64,000 bases of DNA from Octopus vulgaris (taxonomy: Eukaryota). The position numbers and the translations under genes are program-made. The notes under the pieces are model-generated. The model had not been told where the DNA came from and did not search any database. It saw nothing but the letters and a program-made list of their open reading frames with translations. Shown one piece after another: positions 25,602-38,562 of the stretch (position 1 is its first letter; each line of letters opens with the position of its first letter). The DNA is taken from the NCBI GenBank assembly GCA_951406725.2, contig OX597816.1, positions 176,638,001-176,702,000 on the forward strand, given 5' to 3'.

Positions 25602-25990
25602 ACCATAAAATTATCAACCATCGCACAAACAATAACTCTGAGCACCTCTTCAAACTCCACCCATCTAACACCTGTGGACATATTTACAAAGTAAGAAAAC
25701 AGCACAGCTCCCATGACTTCAGGAAACATTTTTTCACGCTGAGAGTTGCTGAAGCATGGAACAAACTGCCGGCATCGGTTGTTAGTTGTCGGAGCACTGC
25801 ATCCTTCAAGACTTCCATGCTTCCTGAGATTCGCCAACACTACACTTGATTTTCTCCCCTCCATACACACACAAGCATGTTCACTTTCCAGACATTTCTA
25901 CATTACTGCATGTACTTTATATGCACTTTCTGACAAGTTGTGGTGCACCTGAGCACTGTATACAATAATTTCATTATTATTTATTATTAC
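25602..25990 (+). mobile_element. CR1/L2-type LINE 3' fragment (same family as 2280)
   Basis: Near-identical to 2449-2830. Confidence 0.9.
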
Positions 25991-26019
25991 TTGTAAGACC
26001 AAATTTCTTTACTTTGCAG

Positions 26020-26163
26020 GGTAAGTAATCAGATGACTATGAAATCTGGACAGTCTGCTTACAAATACAATCGTCTTTGTCCTGAACTCCGTAAATTAGT
26101 CTTCATCACTGCTCGTAGTAATATGCTGTTTTGCCGGAAATCAACTAATATTCTCCTGAGAAT
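26020..26163 (+). CDS. VEZT: Vezatin coding exon ending at a U12-type donor
   Basis: tttgcag|G GTA AGT...AT|gtatcctttt. LCPELRKLVFITARSN resembles LIGLRKAVYRTLRAN. Phase 2-2. Confidence 0.9.
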
Positions 26164-26939
26164 GTATCCTTTTCTTTTAGAAAATAAGAAAACTGTATCT
26201 ATCATTCACATTATTTTCAAATTTGTACGCTAAATATTGATTCTAATCTAACAGACTGACTCTAGGAAAACAAACCATGAAATCATCATCATTAAGCTGA
26301 TTAGAAAACTGGGATGGCTTCATGTCACTTTATCATTAAACTTTAAATTATTCCTTGGAAAATTTATGATATAGGGGTTAATTTGAAAATAACAGAAATG
26401 CTGAAATGATTTGCTTATCTATGTGTGAGTTTCTAAGAATACAAATGATGGGAGTAATTCTTAGGCTGATACAAGGTTGAAATGAAGCTATAATGTGCTT
26501 GTTCAAGCAATGCAATTATAATATTAATGGTGATGATGATGATACATCATTACAATTCAAATGGCTTTCTGATTATTTGTACTTTTTGTAAGTCTTCACT
26601 GTCTGGTCAAATGTTGGTCAACTTGAAGCTCTGTAGATTAATATACGTAAGAAAATTATGGATGGATAGGGAATTCAGATTATTGCGGCTTAGAAGATTT
26701 AGGCAAAGCATTTAGTGTTGGATTTAGAGGAATGAAACACTGTAAGGATGAAGAAAGAGATAAGTTTGGGTGAAAGTAGTATGCAGTTGTTTAGGTGAGT
26801 GAAGCACAAGCTGTTATAGTTGTAGAAGACAAGAAAAATTGCATCTCTGAGCTAGTAGTGGTTGTAGTGTGTTGGGAAGTGGTTTTTTATCAGACAGCTT
26901 TATGGACTGTTATGGGGAAGATTCAGTCAAGATAATGAG

Positions 26940-28220
26940 TGCATAGAAGCAACACCACCAGTTGGGAAAGTCAACATTGTATGTGAAGAATTCCACCCAC
27001 TTCACAGAATTGATCAAGGATACCCCATTGAATCCAACCAGATGGTAAGTCTAAATGTAATAAGTCCGTTCACCAAAGTCCCAACTGGTGAAGCACTATC
27101 GGTGATTCAAGAAAACTAGTGACAAACACTCATCTAAAAGAACGCACTAGTATACCAATAAGAAATTTGGTGGAAATGTTGACCTTCTGTGTAGAAACTA
27201 CCTATTTCAGTATGGACACTGATATATATCAACAAGAAGAGGGTTTGGCTATGGGTTCGCCATTATCACCGATAATAGCCAATATATACATGGAATACTT
27301 TGAGAATTTGGCTTCAGAATCAACACTGCTAAAACCAACCTTATGGCTGCGATATGTTGGTGACACCTTTATACTGTGGCTCCACCAGGAAGATGTTCAA
27401 ATGCTGTTAGATCATGTGAACTCAATAAAGCCATCCATGCAGTTAGCTGGCATTCCTGGATGTATTAATAATACGTACCAAGTATGGATTCAGGACATCC
27501 ATATACTGCAAGCCGACCTTCACTGGATGATACTTTAACTTCAGTTCCCACCATCCATACAGTGTAAAGAGAGGGATTGCTCAGGGCCCAAAACATCGAG
27601 CAAAGGATATAAGTAGCGATCATGATACACACCACGAAGAAATGATCAAGCTCAATAACAATCTATTAAGCAACAACTACCCCAAAAGTATACTATCCAC
27701 TCCAATTATGAAGAAAAGAGAGGATGAAACCAATAAACTGTCTACCCTATGTGAAAGGCCTCTCTGAAAAGATACAAAAGATAAGCGGTCCATATGATAT
27801 CAGGACAGTATTCAAGAGTAATACAACACTTTGCAAATATCTCCTTCGAGTAAAACCACCAATAGAAGAGAATATGACCAAAGACTGCATGTACTCCATC
27901 CCATGCAGCTGTGGTAGGTTATACAAAGGCAAAACATGCTGCCCCCTCAAAATAAGGGTAGAGGAACATCGCAAAGCTGTGACATGAGGAGATATTGATA
28001 AATCAGTTATAGCTGATCATGTATGGAAAAATGGAGACCACCTCCCCCTGTGGGATGAAGTTAAAATAAGAGACAGAGAACACCACTGGAAAATGCAAAA
28101 ACTAAATGAAGCAGCACATATGCTAGGACACAACAACCTCCTAAGCAGACCGAGTGCAGATATGAGTAGCATATGGGAATGTGTATTAAGGAAGGATAGG
28201 AAAATATTAGATTTATAAGC
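26940..28220 (+). mobile_element. Penelope-like element (RT + C-terminal GIY-YIG), decayed, inside the U12 intron
   Basis: GLAMGSPLSPIIANIYME, WLRYV(G)DTF, LPYVKGLSEKI and MYSIPCSCGRLYKGKT...RVEEH. Confidence 0.92.
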
Positions 28221-28248
28221 CCTAAAATTCACTCTGTAATTTGGCCAT

Positions 28249-28345
28249 GGGCATATGGCATAGTGGTTAAGAGTGTGGGCTACTAACACCAAAATTCCAA
28301 GTTCAATTCCAGGCACTGTCCTGAATAATAATAATAATAATAACA
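28249..28345 (+). repeat. tRNA-like SINE head or tRNA pseudogene with an (AAT)n tail
   Basis: A box tggcatagtggttaag and B box gttcaattcc; the stems are imperfect. Confidence 0.55.
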
Positions 28346-28717
28346 TTGAAAAATACCTTAGTTGTTGGTGTAGAAGAATTGGAATTGCACCATGGAGTGT
28401 TTCTTCTATTTCATTTAGAAAAGAAGAAAACCTTATATCATTAATATTATTTTAAAATTATTGCACTGAATATTGATTCTGATCTTGCAAACCAGAATAC
28501 TTCGTCTATGTTCATAATTTACACAGAAATGAACAATTTCCAAAATAGATATTCACTTAAATAATTCAGTAAAATTATTTTATTTCCATTTTTTTTAATA
28601 TGAAAATAATGTTTATCTTCTCTTATTTGTTTAGTATGTTTTCCAAAATAATTTTTAATCAGTGCAAATTATTAATCAAAGCCATTATGTTACTTTAGTT
28701 TTCTTGACTAACAAAAG

Positions 28718-28865
28718 ACATCCATTAGTGGAAGAAGTAGATAAGGCATCTACTTATTTAGCTCATATTCCTTTGGAAGATTATGGACCAAGTCTGCAAC
28801 TTAGTGAAGACAATAATGACAATTTAAGTAAACTGACTGATGACTTTTCTGTTACTGCTTTAAAG
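28718..28865 (+). CDS. VEZT: Vezatin coding exon
   Basis: HPLVEEVDKASTYLAHIPL...LTDDFSVTALK|gtaagt resembles YPLNSESDNVTNYICVVPF...FTDGFSLPALK. Phase 2-0. Confidence 0.92.
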
Positions 28866-29001
28866 GTAAGTCTTCTTTTAACTTTTGGCAATAATAATTT
28901 ATTGTGAAGGCAACCCCTTTGATTTAAAACTGCATTTGCTTTATCATAATTGATATAAACATCGTTTCTTAAAGAATTTTTCCTACTTTGGTTTGTTATA
29001 G

Positions 29002-29095
29002 GCTATGATGTACCTGTATAATATGCAGCAATCAGAGCTTCTACGACGACTTGCTCTCTGCTTCTGTATAAATGCTCTTCCTGAAGATCAGAAAG
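29002..29095 (+). CDS. VEZT: Vezatin coding exon
   Basis: ttatag|GCT...G|gttaag. QQSELLRRLALCF resembles QSSEFFRRLALLL. Phase 0-1. Confidence 0.92.
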
Positions 29096-29688
29096 GTTAA
29101 GGATTTTTTGTTAAATCTCATATGATATTCTTATCAGAACATATTTATTTTATTAAAACCATTTTTCATACAATATCCCCTTTAACGTTGCCATTCTGAT
29201 TGGGATCATCATCATCATCATCATCATCATCATTTAGCGTCCGCTTTCCATGCTAGTATGGGTTGGACGGTTCAACTGGGGTCTGGGAAGCCAGAAGGCT
29301 GCACCAGGCCCAGTCTGATCTGGCAGTGTTTCTACGGCTGGATGCCCTTCCTAACGCCAATAGATAGAATTAATTATTTATTTTCCTATCCATGACTTTC
29401 TTCTTGTATGTGTCAGAAGGATTTGTAAATTTAAAATTTTCATATGAATTGGTTTAGCTAACAAGTTCAAATTATTTAAAATAAATTGGTCGTATTCCAT
29501 TTCTGTTTCATTCAGCTGTATCTAATCTTTCTTTGGTAAAGGATTTGTCTTTTAAAGTTAGACTTTCCTTTCCCTCATAGCATAAAATATATTCCATTGT
29601 TTGAATTATTTGTATTCCTGATGATGCTGAACATCACAAATTTACTAGGATTCTACTGTTACCACAAGCAGTTGTAACATAACAATAT

Positions 29689-29858
29689 AGGCGCAGGAGT
29701 GGCATATAGGTGCAGGAGTAACTTGCCTACCAACCACATGGTTCTGGGTTCAGTCCCACTGTGTGGCATCTTGGGCAAGTGTCTTCTGCTATAGCCCCGG
29801 GCCGACCAAAGCCTTGTGAGTGGATTTGGTAGACGGAAACTGAAAGAAGCCCGTCGTA

Positions 29859-29892
<34 letters not shown>

Positions 29893-30116
29893 CGTGTGTG
29901 TGTTTGTGTGTCTGTGTTTGTCCCCCTAGCATTGCTTGACAACCGATGCTGGTGTGTTTACATCCCCGTCACTTAGCAGTTCGGCAAAAGAGACCGATAG
30001 AATAAGTACTGGGCTTACAAAGAATAAGTCCCGGGGTCGATTTGCTCGACTAAAGGCGGTGCTCCAGCATGGCCGCAGTCAAATGACTGAAACAAGTAAA
30101 AGAGAGTAAAGAGAGT
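29689..30116 (+). repeat. SINE family A
   Basis: Matches 6629-7042. Confidence 0.92.
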
Positions 30117-30289
30117 ATAACAAAGCTGCTAACGAGATTTGAAAAAATTTCAAGGCTTAAATTTAAGACATTGTGGTCATTCAACTAGCAAACAAATTCC
30201 ATGATATTTAAACCTTCATTTATTTCTATTCTTAGACGCAGCTGCTTCACATTAGGGGTCAGTGAAGAATAATATTTGCCAACCTTTTT

Positions 30290-31040
30290 GAGGGTTAACC
30301 TAGTAAAAACCAAAGTCTTAGTAAGTAGGAAGGCTGTCAAATCACAACTCCCTTCAGGTAGATTGCCCTGAGGAAGTGCCACTCCCTAACTGTAGAAGGA
30401 ACCTGTGGAAGAGGTCCACCCAGGAAGACATGAGATGACATGGTGGAGCATGACCTTTGAACATTGGGCCTCACAGAGGCAATGATGGGAGACCGGGACC
30501 TTTAGAATTATGCTGTGATTGAAAAGACCTGGCAACTAAAGTGAGATAGCAGCCACACATGTCTGCCCTCTTAAGAATACCCCTGATGCATCGGGCGATA
30601 TGATATGCTTGAGAAGACCGGTTGAGTCAAGTAAAACTAATATTGTAGCTGTAGCCAGTGCTGCCTGACTGGCACATAATAATCACCATCCGAACGTGGT
30701 TGATGCTAGGTCCACCTGATTGACTCCCCTGCCAGTTGCACGTAAAAAGCACCAACTGATCGTAGCTGATGCCAGATCCCCTGACTGGCTCTTGTGCCAG
30801 TGGCATGTAAAAAGCACCATCCAAATGTAATCGATGCCAGGCCTGCCTGACTGGCTCCTGTGTCGGTGGCATGTAAAAAGCACCCACTATACTCTTGGAG
30901 TGGTTGACGTTAGGAAGGGCATCCAGCTGTAGAAACATTGCCGGATTAGATTGGAGCCTGGTGCAGCTGTTGGCTCTCCAGACCTCAGTCAAACCGTCCA
31001 ACCCATGCCAGCCTAGAAAACAGACATTAAGCAATGATGG
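30290..31040 (+). mobile_element. RTE LINE 3' fragments
   Basis: Similar to 21225-21300 and 21920-22370; ends in the same RTE 3' tail. Confidence 0.75.
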
Positions 31041-31366
31041 TAGTGATGAATACAAGAGGAGCAACATGTAAATACTCACATAGAAATAAAGTTTTGTTTT
31101 AAAAATAAAGTAAAATTTAATTTGTTTAAAAATAAAGAAAACTTTTCTCTTAATTTGAAGTAGTTGAATCATTTATCTTTAGCAACTAGGTCCAGTTTTA
31201 ATAACTGCATAATTTAAATAATATGATGCTAATCAAGTTTGGTGAATTCCGAAATAATTACTGAATTTAAAGGGAAAATTGTTGCACTTTATAATAGAAA
31301 TCATTGCAAAATTTGATATTGATATATCAGGTGTATTTAAATATATTTATTTTGAATTTGTTGTAG

Positions 31367-31589
31367 GAACTCTGAATTCTTCGACTAATGATTTAGCTTC
31401 ATGTGTGAAATGTAGCTTGGAATCAAATTATATAAAACTAAAAAATAGCTATGAATTTCATCGAAGTGGTTTTCAAGAACCAGATTCAAAACCCTTCAAT
31501 GCGCATGATAAGAAACCTTGTTCACCCCTTTCAGATTTGTATATGGCTGTCCACAGTTTAGATCTACATTTACAAGCAGCTCTTTGTAG
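31367..31589 (+). CDS. VEZT: Vezatin coding exon
   Basis: KLKNSYEFHR...LYMAVHSLDLHLQA resembles ELKRSYEFYR...VHTAVRSLQLHLKA. Donor AG|gtaatg. Acceptor is most likely ttgtag|31367; in-frame alternatives exist at 31331 and 31298. Confidence 0.88.
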
Positions 31590-31852
31590 GTAATGTATTT
31601 TAGTAATGTAAATTACAACCATGTGTATATGTATGGTAGATGAAGTACAAAATTTCCTAACATGAGTAAAAGTTCTAAATGCAGGTACAACAATTTATAT
31701 CATTAAAGTATAAAATTTTGAAATGTTCTCTCTAGTGTTTCGCTATGTCCTGTTTGTAGTTAATCATACTGTAAAAGGTTTTCATCTCTCTCTCTCTCCC
31801 TTACATGTATATAAGTATGTATATATACACAACACACACACACACACAAAAC

Positions 31853-32172
31853 ATGGCTCAGTGGTTAGAGCACCAGGCTCGCAGTCATAAGGTAGTGAGA
31901 TTGATTCCCGGACCAAGCAGTGTGTTATGCTCTTGAACAGGATACTTTATTTCAAGTTGCTCCAGTTCACTCAGCTGTAGAAATGAGTTGCAACGTTACT
32001 GGTGGCGAGCTGTATTGGTCTTTGCCTTTCCCTTGGATAACATTGGTGATATAGGCAACTGCTGATCTTCCAACTTTGGGACAACTTTGCCCAAACTTGT
32101 GCCTCAGAAGGTAACTTTCTACGTACAATCCCATGGTCATTCATGGCCAAAGGGGGTCTTTTACCTTTTACT
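31853..32172 (+). repeat. tRNA-derived (CORE-like) SINE family E
   Basis: tggctcagtggttagagc head. The reverse-complement copy lies at 15372-15665 and partial copies at 34760-35060. Confidence 0.75.
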
Positions 32173-32491
32173 GATTAGTTTGAGTGTTTAATAAGTATGA
32201 TTCTTATAAGACAATAATTAGAAATAATCTACCAGAATTGGAAATAAATAAGTTGAGTTTTGTCAAAACCCGAATGAGGCAAATATGTTGATAAAATCAC
32301 AGAATATCAATCACATTGATCAATATATGCAAGTGATATAGAAGTGAACATGTAATATATGTTGTATAAGCAAGTATGAGAATAAAATGTATCTACAGAT
32401 GAGGTAGGCAAAAGAGGAGTTAAATTAACTCTTGAAATATTGGATCTCACAGGTCTGATAACACAATAGAATGCAAATATACACAAGGTAT

Positions 32492-32717
32492 TATTTATCC
32501 CCACTTAAATGTGGATGTTCTGTTAGAACAAACTACACTGCAGTAGATGCCATGAGAGAAACTCTCAGGTTGGCTTTTGGTGCAGAAAGCAAGAGTGCAT
32601 TTGTGTATAGTGCATTTTACATTTTGCACCAAAAGCAAATATGAGAGTTTCTCTCATGGTATTTACCTCTGTATAGTTTGTTCTAACAGAACAGCCATGT
32701 TTAAGTGGGGATAAATA
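32492..32717. mobile_element. Palindromic MITE-like hairpin
   Basis: ~100-bp imperfect inverted arms (tatttatccccacttaaa...tttaagtggggataaata) with TA at both ends. Confidence 0.8.
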
Positions 32718-32800
32718 TTTCTTCTCAGTATTAATACTGCCTCCGTTGCTAATATATATACACTGTTTTACCCCTTTTTTTTTCTTTACTTTTTTCTAAG

Positions 32801-33018
32801 ATCATCAAATTTGAGTTCTGAATTTGAAAAATATTTCGAAATAAATGCAGAAAATGATATAAGCAACAACGAACAAAATGAGTGTGAAATTAGTGCTAAA
32901 GAAAATCAATGGTACTCTCACTTACAATCAATAAAAGCTGAACTTGAGGCCTGCCGTGCTTGTTATGAAATTGGCTTGGACAAATTTGAAAAGATGTTTA
33001 AAAAGCAGCAAGAGCCAA
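32801..33018 (+). CDS. VEZT: Vezatin coding exon
   Basis: Long T tract + ctaag|A...A|gtatgt. LQSIKAELEACRACYEIGLDKFEK resembles [24 protein letters not shown]. Phase 2-1. Confidence 0.88.
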
Positions 33019-34094
33019 GTATGTATTCTATTATGAAATTGTAAAAACTTAGATATTGTATCTATTGTTCTAGATCTTTATTTCATAACAAAATTCAATC
33101 TTGAATTTTATATGAACATAAAGGTAGACAGCTCAAAATAATGATTTCTAGCCATTGAACTTCGTAATGGTTAAAGAATTTAATATCATGTATAGTTACC
33201 ATCTCTATCATATGCAATATCCCATGTTATTTTAAACTGGACCTATCTTTATTGCAGAAAATTTTTTTTTTTTATCTCGTATCATTTCATCATTGCTACA
33301 TAAACTTGAACTGACTACCGTTTTTTGTGTTTTTTCTTATTCTTATTTTACTCGCATTTTCCTGTAGTTCATACCATTTTGCCATATAAATAATAAATAT
33401 TATTATTGACTCCAATGGTGATAGAAAAGCCTTTCAAAAAACTGCTCTGTTTATATCTATTAGTTGACAGATACTGTAACAGTTGTCTCCCTTGAACTTT
33501 GAAATAAAAAAAATCCTAACTTTAGGAACTGGTCTGGACAATCACGCCCTCAAAATATACTCCACAATGAATAATAACGATTTCTAGCTTTAGTACAAGA
33601 CCCCAAAATTTGTTAAGAAGTTATATAATAAATCAACTCTTTCACAATATATTACTGGTACTTATTTTATCTGTAAAAAAGATTGACTATGTTGCCATTG
33701 TAGAAGTAGGTGAACATTTTTTCATGAAAATGTAATAGTTCATAAAAAGAAAAAAAAAAGGGTCCTTATTATTATTAACTACCAAAGAGGGATTATCTAA
33801 GAGATTACTTGGTCTGCTAGAAAATAGCCAAATATTCCCTAAATGTAGAGTTATTCCATTGCTTGAAAGACAAATAAGTGGAGTGGTCATCACTGGAATG
33901 CCTTTGATCATAGGTTTCTTCAACTGAAGCTAATCTGGGGATATACCGTAAAGGAACAGTTAAATAGGATACTAAGCTGCTGATGAAATACCAACACCAG
34001 ATTGAAACTAGTCTAACTGATCATTCCTTTTCTATCCACAAATACATTGTATAGGAAAACAAAGTGTGTACAACTGTCTGTACATACGGTATTG

Positions 34095-34322
34095 GAGAGC
34101 TGGTAGAAACGTTAGCTCATCGGGCGAAATGCTTAGCGGTATTTCGTCTGCCGTTACGTTGTGAGTTCAAATTCCGCCGAGGTCGACTTTACCTTTCATC
34201 CTTTCGGGGTCGATAAATTAAGTATCAGTTACGCACTGGGGTCGATGTAATCGACTTAATACCTATGTCTGTCCTTGTTTGTCCCTTCTATGTTTAGCCC
34301 CTTGTGGGTAATAAAGAAATAG
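34095..34322 (+). repeat. SINE family B (variant tail)
   Basis: gagctggtagaaacgttagc...gagttcaaattccgccgaggtcgacttt...ttgtgggtaataaagaaat. Confidence 0.85.
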
Positions 34323-35452
34323 GTATTGGCTAAAAACCCATAGATGATATAGTTATTCTATAACACTACAGCATTAAAACAAAATACTTCTAACTCGCCA
34401 ATAATTTATTCAGTTAATGGATCTCCATTGACAATGAGCATTCCAGTTGTTAGGTTAACTTAACAATGCACTCGTTGAATTATATTGTAAGACTTCTTGT
34501 GCCTTTAATATAATTCTCAGGCAATCTGATGTGCTTCTACATATTTTCTGTCTATCTAATTTCACACTCAGTGCTGTGGTAAAGGTTACTTGTCCTCGAT
34601 GCCACACATTGGGTTTGAACCCAGGATCTTATGTTTGCAAAATAAACTTCTTAACCACTCAGGAATGCCTGTATCCTGAAGATATACAGTGACAATTGAG
34701 AAATCCCTTAACCCTTTGTGGGTTGTTGGGGTTGGAAGCCTGGTGGAGCCCATCCCTCTCCAGGTTAAACTCATTTCTACAGCTGAGTCAACTGGAGCAA
34801 TATAAAATGAAGTGTTTTGCTCAAGAACACAATGGATCACCCAGTTGAGGGGTTGAAACCACAACCTTACAGTTGGGAATCCAACACCTTAACCACTAAG
34901 TGACACACTTCCACTAGTGGTACTCATTTCTACAGTTGAGTGGACTGGAGCAACATGAAATGAAGTGTTTTGCTCAAGAACACAACACTTTGGCTGGTTC
35001 AGGAATCAAAACCACAATCTTACAATTGTGAGTCCAGCACCCTAACCACTAAGCCACATGTCTCTACCTACCCATGTGCCTCCACCTAGCCATGCACTTC
35101 CAGCTAAACATGTAAAAACCAAATTTTTTTAAGGTTAAATAAAGGATTCTTTGCATTGTTATGTACAACATCATGTCATCAGTTATGATGATGATCATTG
35201 TTTTAGCATTCACTTTTCTTTGTTTTCATGCATTAGGTTAAATGAAATTCTGTTGAGGCAAGTTTTTTAATAGTTGTATGCTCTTCCTGTCTCCAACCTT
35301 CCCCTGTTTCAAAGTAAAGTAAAATTTACCCTAATCTTTTGAACACTCTATGGTTCAGTGATTGGACAAGCTTTCACAGAGGATTGCTAACAAATTACAC
35401 TGTTTTTACTTGATGGTAATTTTGTTTACAATCAGTGTGTTATACATCAGGA

Positions 35453-35838
35453 GTGGAGGCGCAATGGTCCAGTGGTTAGGGCAGCGGACTCGCGGTCATA
35501 GGATCGCGGTTTCGATTCCCAGACCGGGCGTTGTGAGTGTTTATTGAGCGAAAACACCTAAAGCTCCATGAGGCTCTGGCAGGGGATGGTGGTGATCCCT
35601 GCTGTACTCTTTCACCACAACTTTCTCTCACTCTTACTTCCTGTTTCTGTTGTACCTGTATTTCAAAGGGCCGGCTTTGTCACTCTCTGTGTCACACTAA
35701 ATATCCCCGAGAACTACGTTAAGGGTACACGTGTCTGTGGAGTGCTCAGCCACTTACACGTTAATTTCACGAGCAGGCTGTTCCGTTGATTCGGATCAAT
35801 CGGAACCCTCATCGTCGTAACCGACGGAGTGCTTCCAC
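35453..35838 (+). repeat. tRNA-derived SINE family D
   Basis: Near-identical to 7435-7822. Confidence 0.88.
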
Positions 35839-35929
35839 TATACATCAGGACAAGGAGAAATGCACACTCATACATTGTTGTTGTTGGCTGTCCATTGTAG
35901 GTAGACATTGGCTGTTTTTGTTCAGTAAT

Positions 35930-36900
35930 CATCTCTGGCAGGCTCGCATGTGGGCTACAAGGCCTGCTCTTGATCTGCAGCTGCGATGATCTCTGCTGCA
36001 GGTGAAGCTACTTCATGCAACAGAGAAATGACGCTGTTCATGCACTCTTTCATATTACCTCTGTTGTTTCTTCTCAGTGGCTGGAATTATGAGCTTCAGC
36101 GATTAATGCAATTCATTACATCACTAGGTCTTCTCTTCCCAGGTGTCTGAAGAGATGCTGGAGTTCTACATAAGTCTCTTCAGCACATCCTTGTGTTGCA
36201 ACCTCTGGCCACCATCGCTGTGCTTGCCCTAATGCAGTTCAGGGTGGAAAACTGCCTCTGAGACTCTGCTGCTCTCCATCCTGTAAACATAGGAGTGGCT
36301 GTGTGGTAAGTAGCTTGCTTACCAACCACATGGTTCCGGGTTCAGTCCCACTGCATGGCACCTTGGGCAAGTGTCTTCTACTATAGCCTTGGGCCGACCA
36401 AAGCCTTGTGAGTGGATTTGGTAGACGGAAACTGAAAGAAGTTTGTCCCCCTAGCATTGCTTGACAACCAATGCTGGTGTGTTTATGTCCCCGTTACTTA
36501 GCGGTTCGGCAAAAGAGACTGATAGAATAAGTACTGGGCTTACAAAAGAATAAGTCCCGGGGTCGAGTTGCTCGATTAAAGGCCATGCTCCAGCATGGCC
36601 GCAGTCAAATGACTGAAACAAGTAAAAGAGTAAAAGAGCAAATATCCTTCCCACCTCCTTCCCCCAACACAGCATAGGATGTCTACATTTGATATGCAAG
36701 ATGGAGTGTTGATGACAAAGTTGGACATGTATCAGGGCCTTAATGTACCAGCAGCAGAGGACCATGCATTTTGTGACATAGAGGAATCAAGGGTGCACTG
36801 CAACACTATACACCTTGAAGGCTGTTGCGGTCAAGTGGAAGATATGTACCATCACACAATGGTTGGACAGCAACTAGCAAATGAGTTGCTACTGCAGGGC
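35930..36900 (-). mobile_element. Old RTE-like LINE C-terminal fragment, interrupted by a SINE
   Basis: Minus strand reads GKHSDGGQRLQHKDVLK...CRSRAGLVAHMRAC (C-terminal Zn-finger-like), with many stops. Confidence 0.5.
36289..36639 (+). repeat. SINE family A (internal deletion)
   Basis: Matches 6629-7042 but lacks the central microsatellite. Confidence 0.9.
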
Positions 36901-38473
36901 AGCCCCACTTACACGTACACCACACACATACATGCAAATATGTCATCATTTTAATATCCACCTTTCTATGCTTGCACAGGTTGGATAGAATTTGTGGTAT
37001 ATTTTCTATGACTGATACCATTTCTCTCACCTGTTTCTAAGTAAGGTAATATTTTTGCATGACCAGACATGTTTTCATGGAAGATTGAAAACAGAGGACA
37101 CCATTTGTAGTGCACTATACACAATAATTTCATTATTATTTGTAAAGCAACGACACTTGTTTGTAATATCAAGACAAGGAGACACCAACATATACACACA
37201 CATATACACATATGATGGGCTTCTTTCAGTTTCCATCTACCAAATCCACTTACAAAGCTCTGATTTAGCTCCTGGTCCACCAGTACTTTGCAGGTAAATT
37301 TGGTTGCAGAAAACTGTATGAATGCCTGTTGTATATATGTATGTGTTAATATGCATACATTTTTGTGTTTCTCAATCACCACTTGACAATTTGTGTATTG
37401 TTATCACTACACCACCATCATCATTTAACATCCATTCTCCATGTTGTCATGGGTCAGATGGTTCAAAAGGACCTGGCAAGCCAGAGGACTGTGCCAGGTT
37501 CCAATGTTTACTTTGGCATGGTTTTATATGACTGGATATCCTTCCTAATGCTAACCAACTTACAGAGTGTACAGGGTGCTTTTTATGTGGCATATGTGTT
37601 TGTGAGGAATTATATTAACATTGATATATAATCATTTGATCCCTCTGGCCTATGTATAAGTGGCTACATTGGAGCACTTATGCCGAGTCTACCTTTACCC
37701 TCCCCTCCTATACTGCTGGTCATCTTCCTATGTCAGTCTGCCTGCTAACTTTTTCTTGCTCTTTTTTTTCCATACTTCCTGGGTTCCTGTCATCTCTCAG
37801 TCTCCTAGGTAACAGATCTCTGTCACCTCTCTGCCATCTTAGTTATGTTGCTTTGAATATACATACCTGTCTCACAATACTAAACTCTCTATTACTCCCT
37901 CTCTGTCATACATTCCTTCCATGACTAACATTCATGCTACTATCCCTTATACTTCTTATTTCTGTAAAGCAGCTTGGCCAGTGAGCAGAGAAATGTGTTC
38001 ATGGAAATAGTTAACTCTCCAGTGGTGGTGTCACAAAAAATGCATCCCCTATACTCTGTAAAAGGTGTGGTTTTAGCCTTGTTGAGGATGTGATATTTTT
38101 CTAATACTGGTACCTTGAAAAAAGCATTCAGTACACTCTCTAAAGTGGTTACAGTTGGGAAGGGTATCCAATCATAGAAACCAACACGGAAATGAAACAC
38201 TAGTTCCCTAGCCCATTTAACTGAGTGCTGCCTCTGAATTAGTACTGATTCCAACTGTGACACCCCATCCAAACCATGCCAGCATGGAACGTTAATATAA
38301 AATGATACATATAATATAAATGTGTGTGTGTATGTGTGTAAAGAATTGAGCAAGCTATGATATATGATGTAATTACATCATTTTTGTTTATTTTAGATTA
38401 AAAAAACATTCCAACTGAAATTAAGCATTATTTTGAATGAGAATATTATCTTAAAGTTATATTTCATTTTTAG

Positions 38474-38562
38474 CTCCAAAACTTAATCCGAAAATTAATA
38501 CCAAAGAAAAAGATGAGAAAATTATTTGTGCTGAAGATATCAATCCAGTAATCGTTGATGAG
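38474..38562 (+). CDS. VEZT: Vezatin coding exon
   Basis: ttttttag|CT...GAG|gtaaat. IICAEDINPVIVDE resembles LHIADKDPIPEEQ. Phase 1-0. Confidence 0.8.

Larger units (their letters stand above)
26164..28717 (+). other. U12-type (minor spliceosome) GT-AG intron of VEZT
   Basis: Donor GTATCCTTT at 26164. Branch-like TTTTCTTGAC lies 9 nt before the 3' splice site (AG ends at 28717), with no polypyrimidine tract. Splicing keeps the frame (ILLRI|HPLVEE). Confidence 0.85.
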
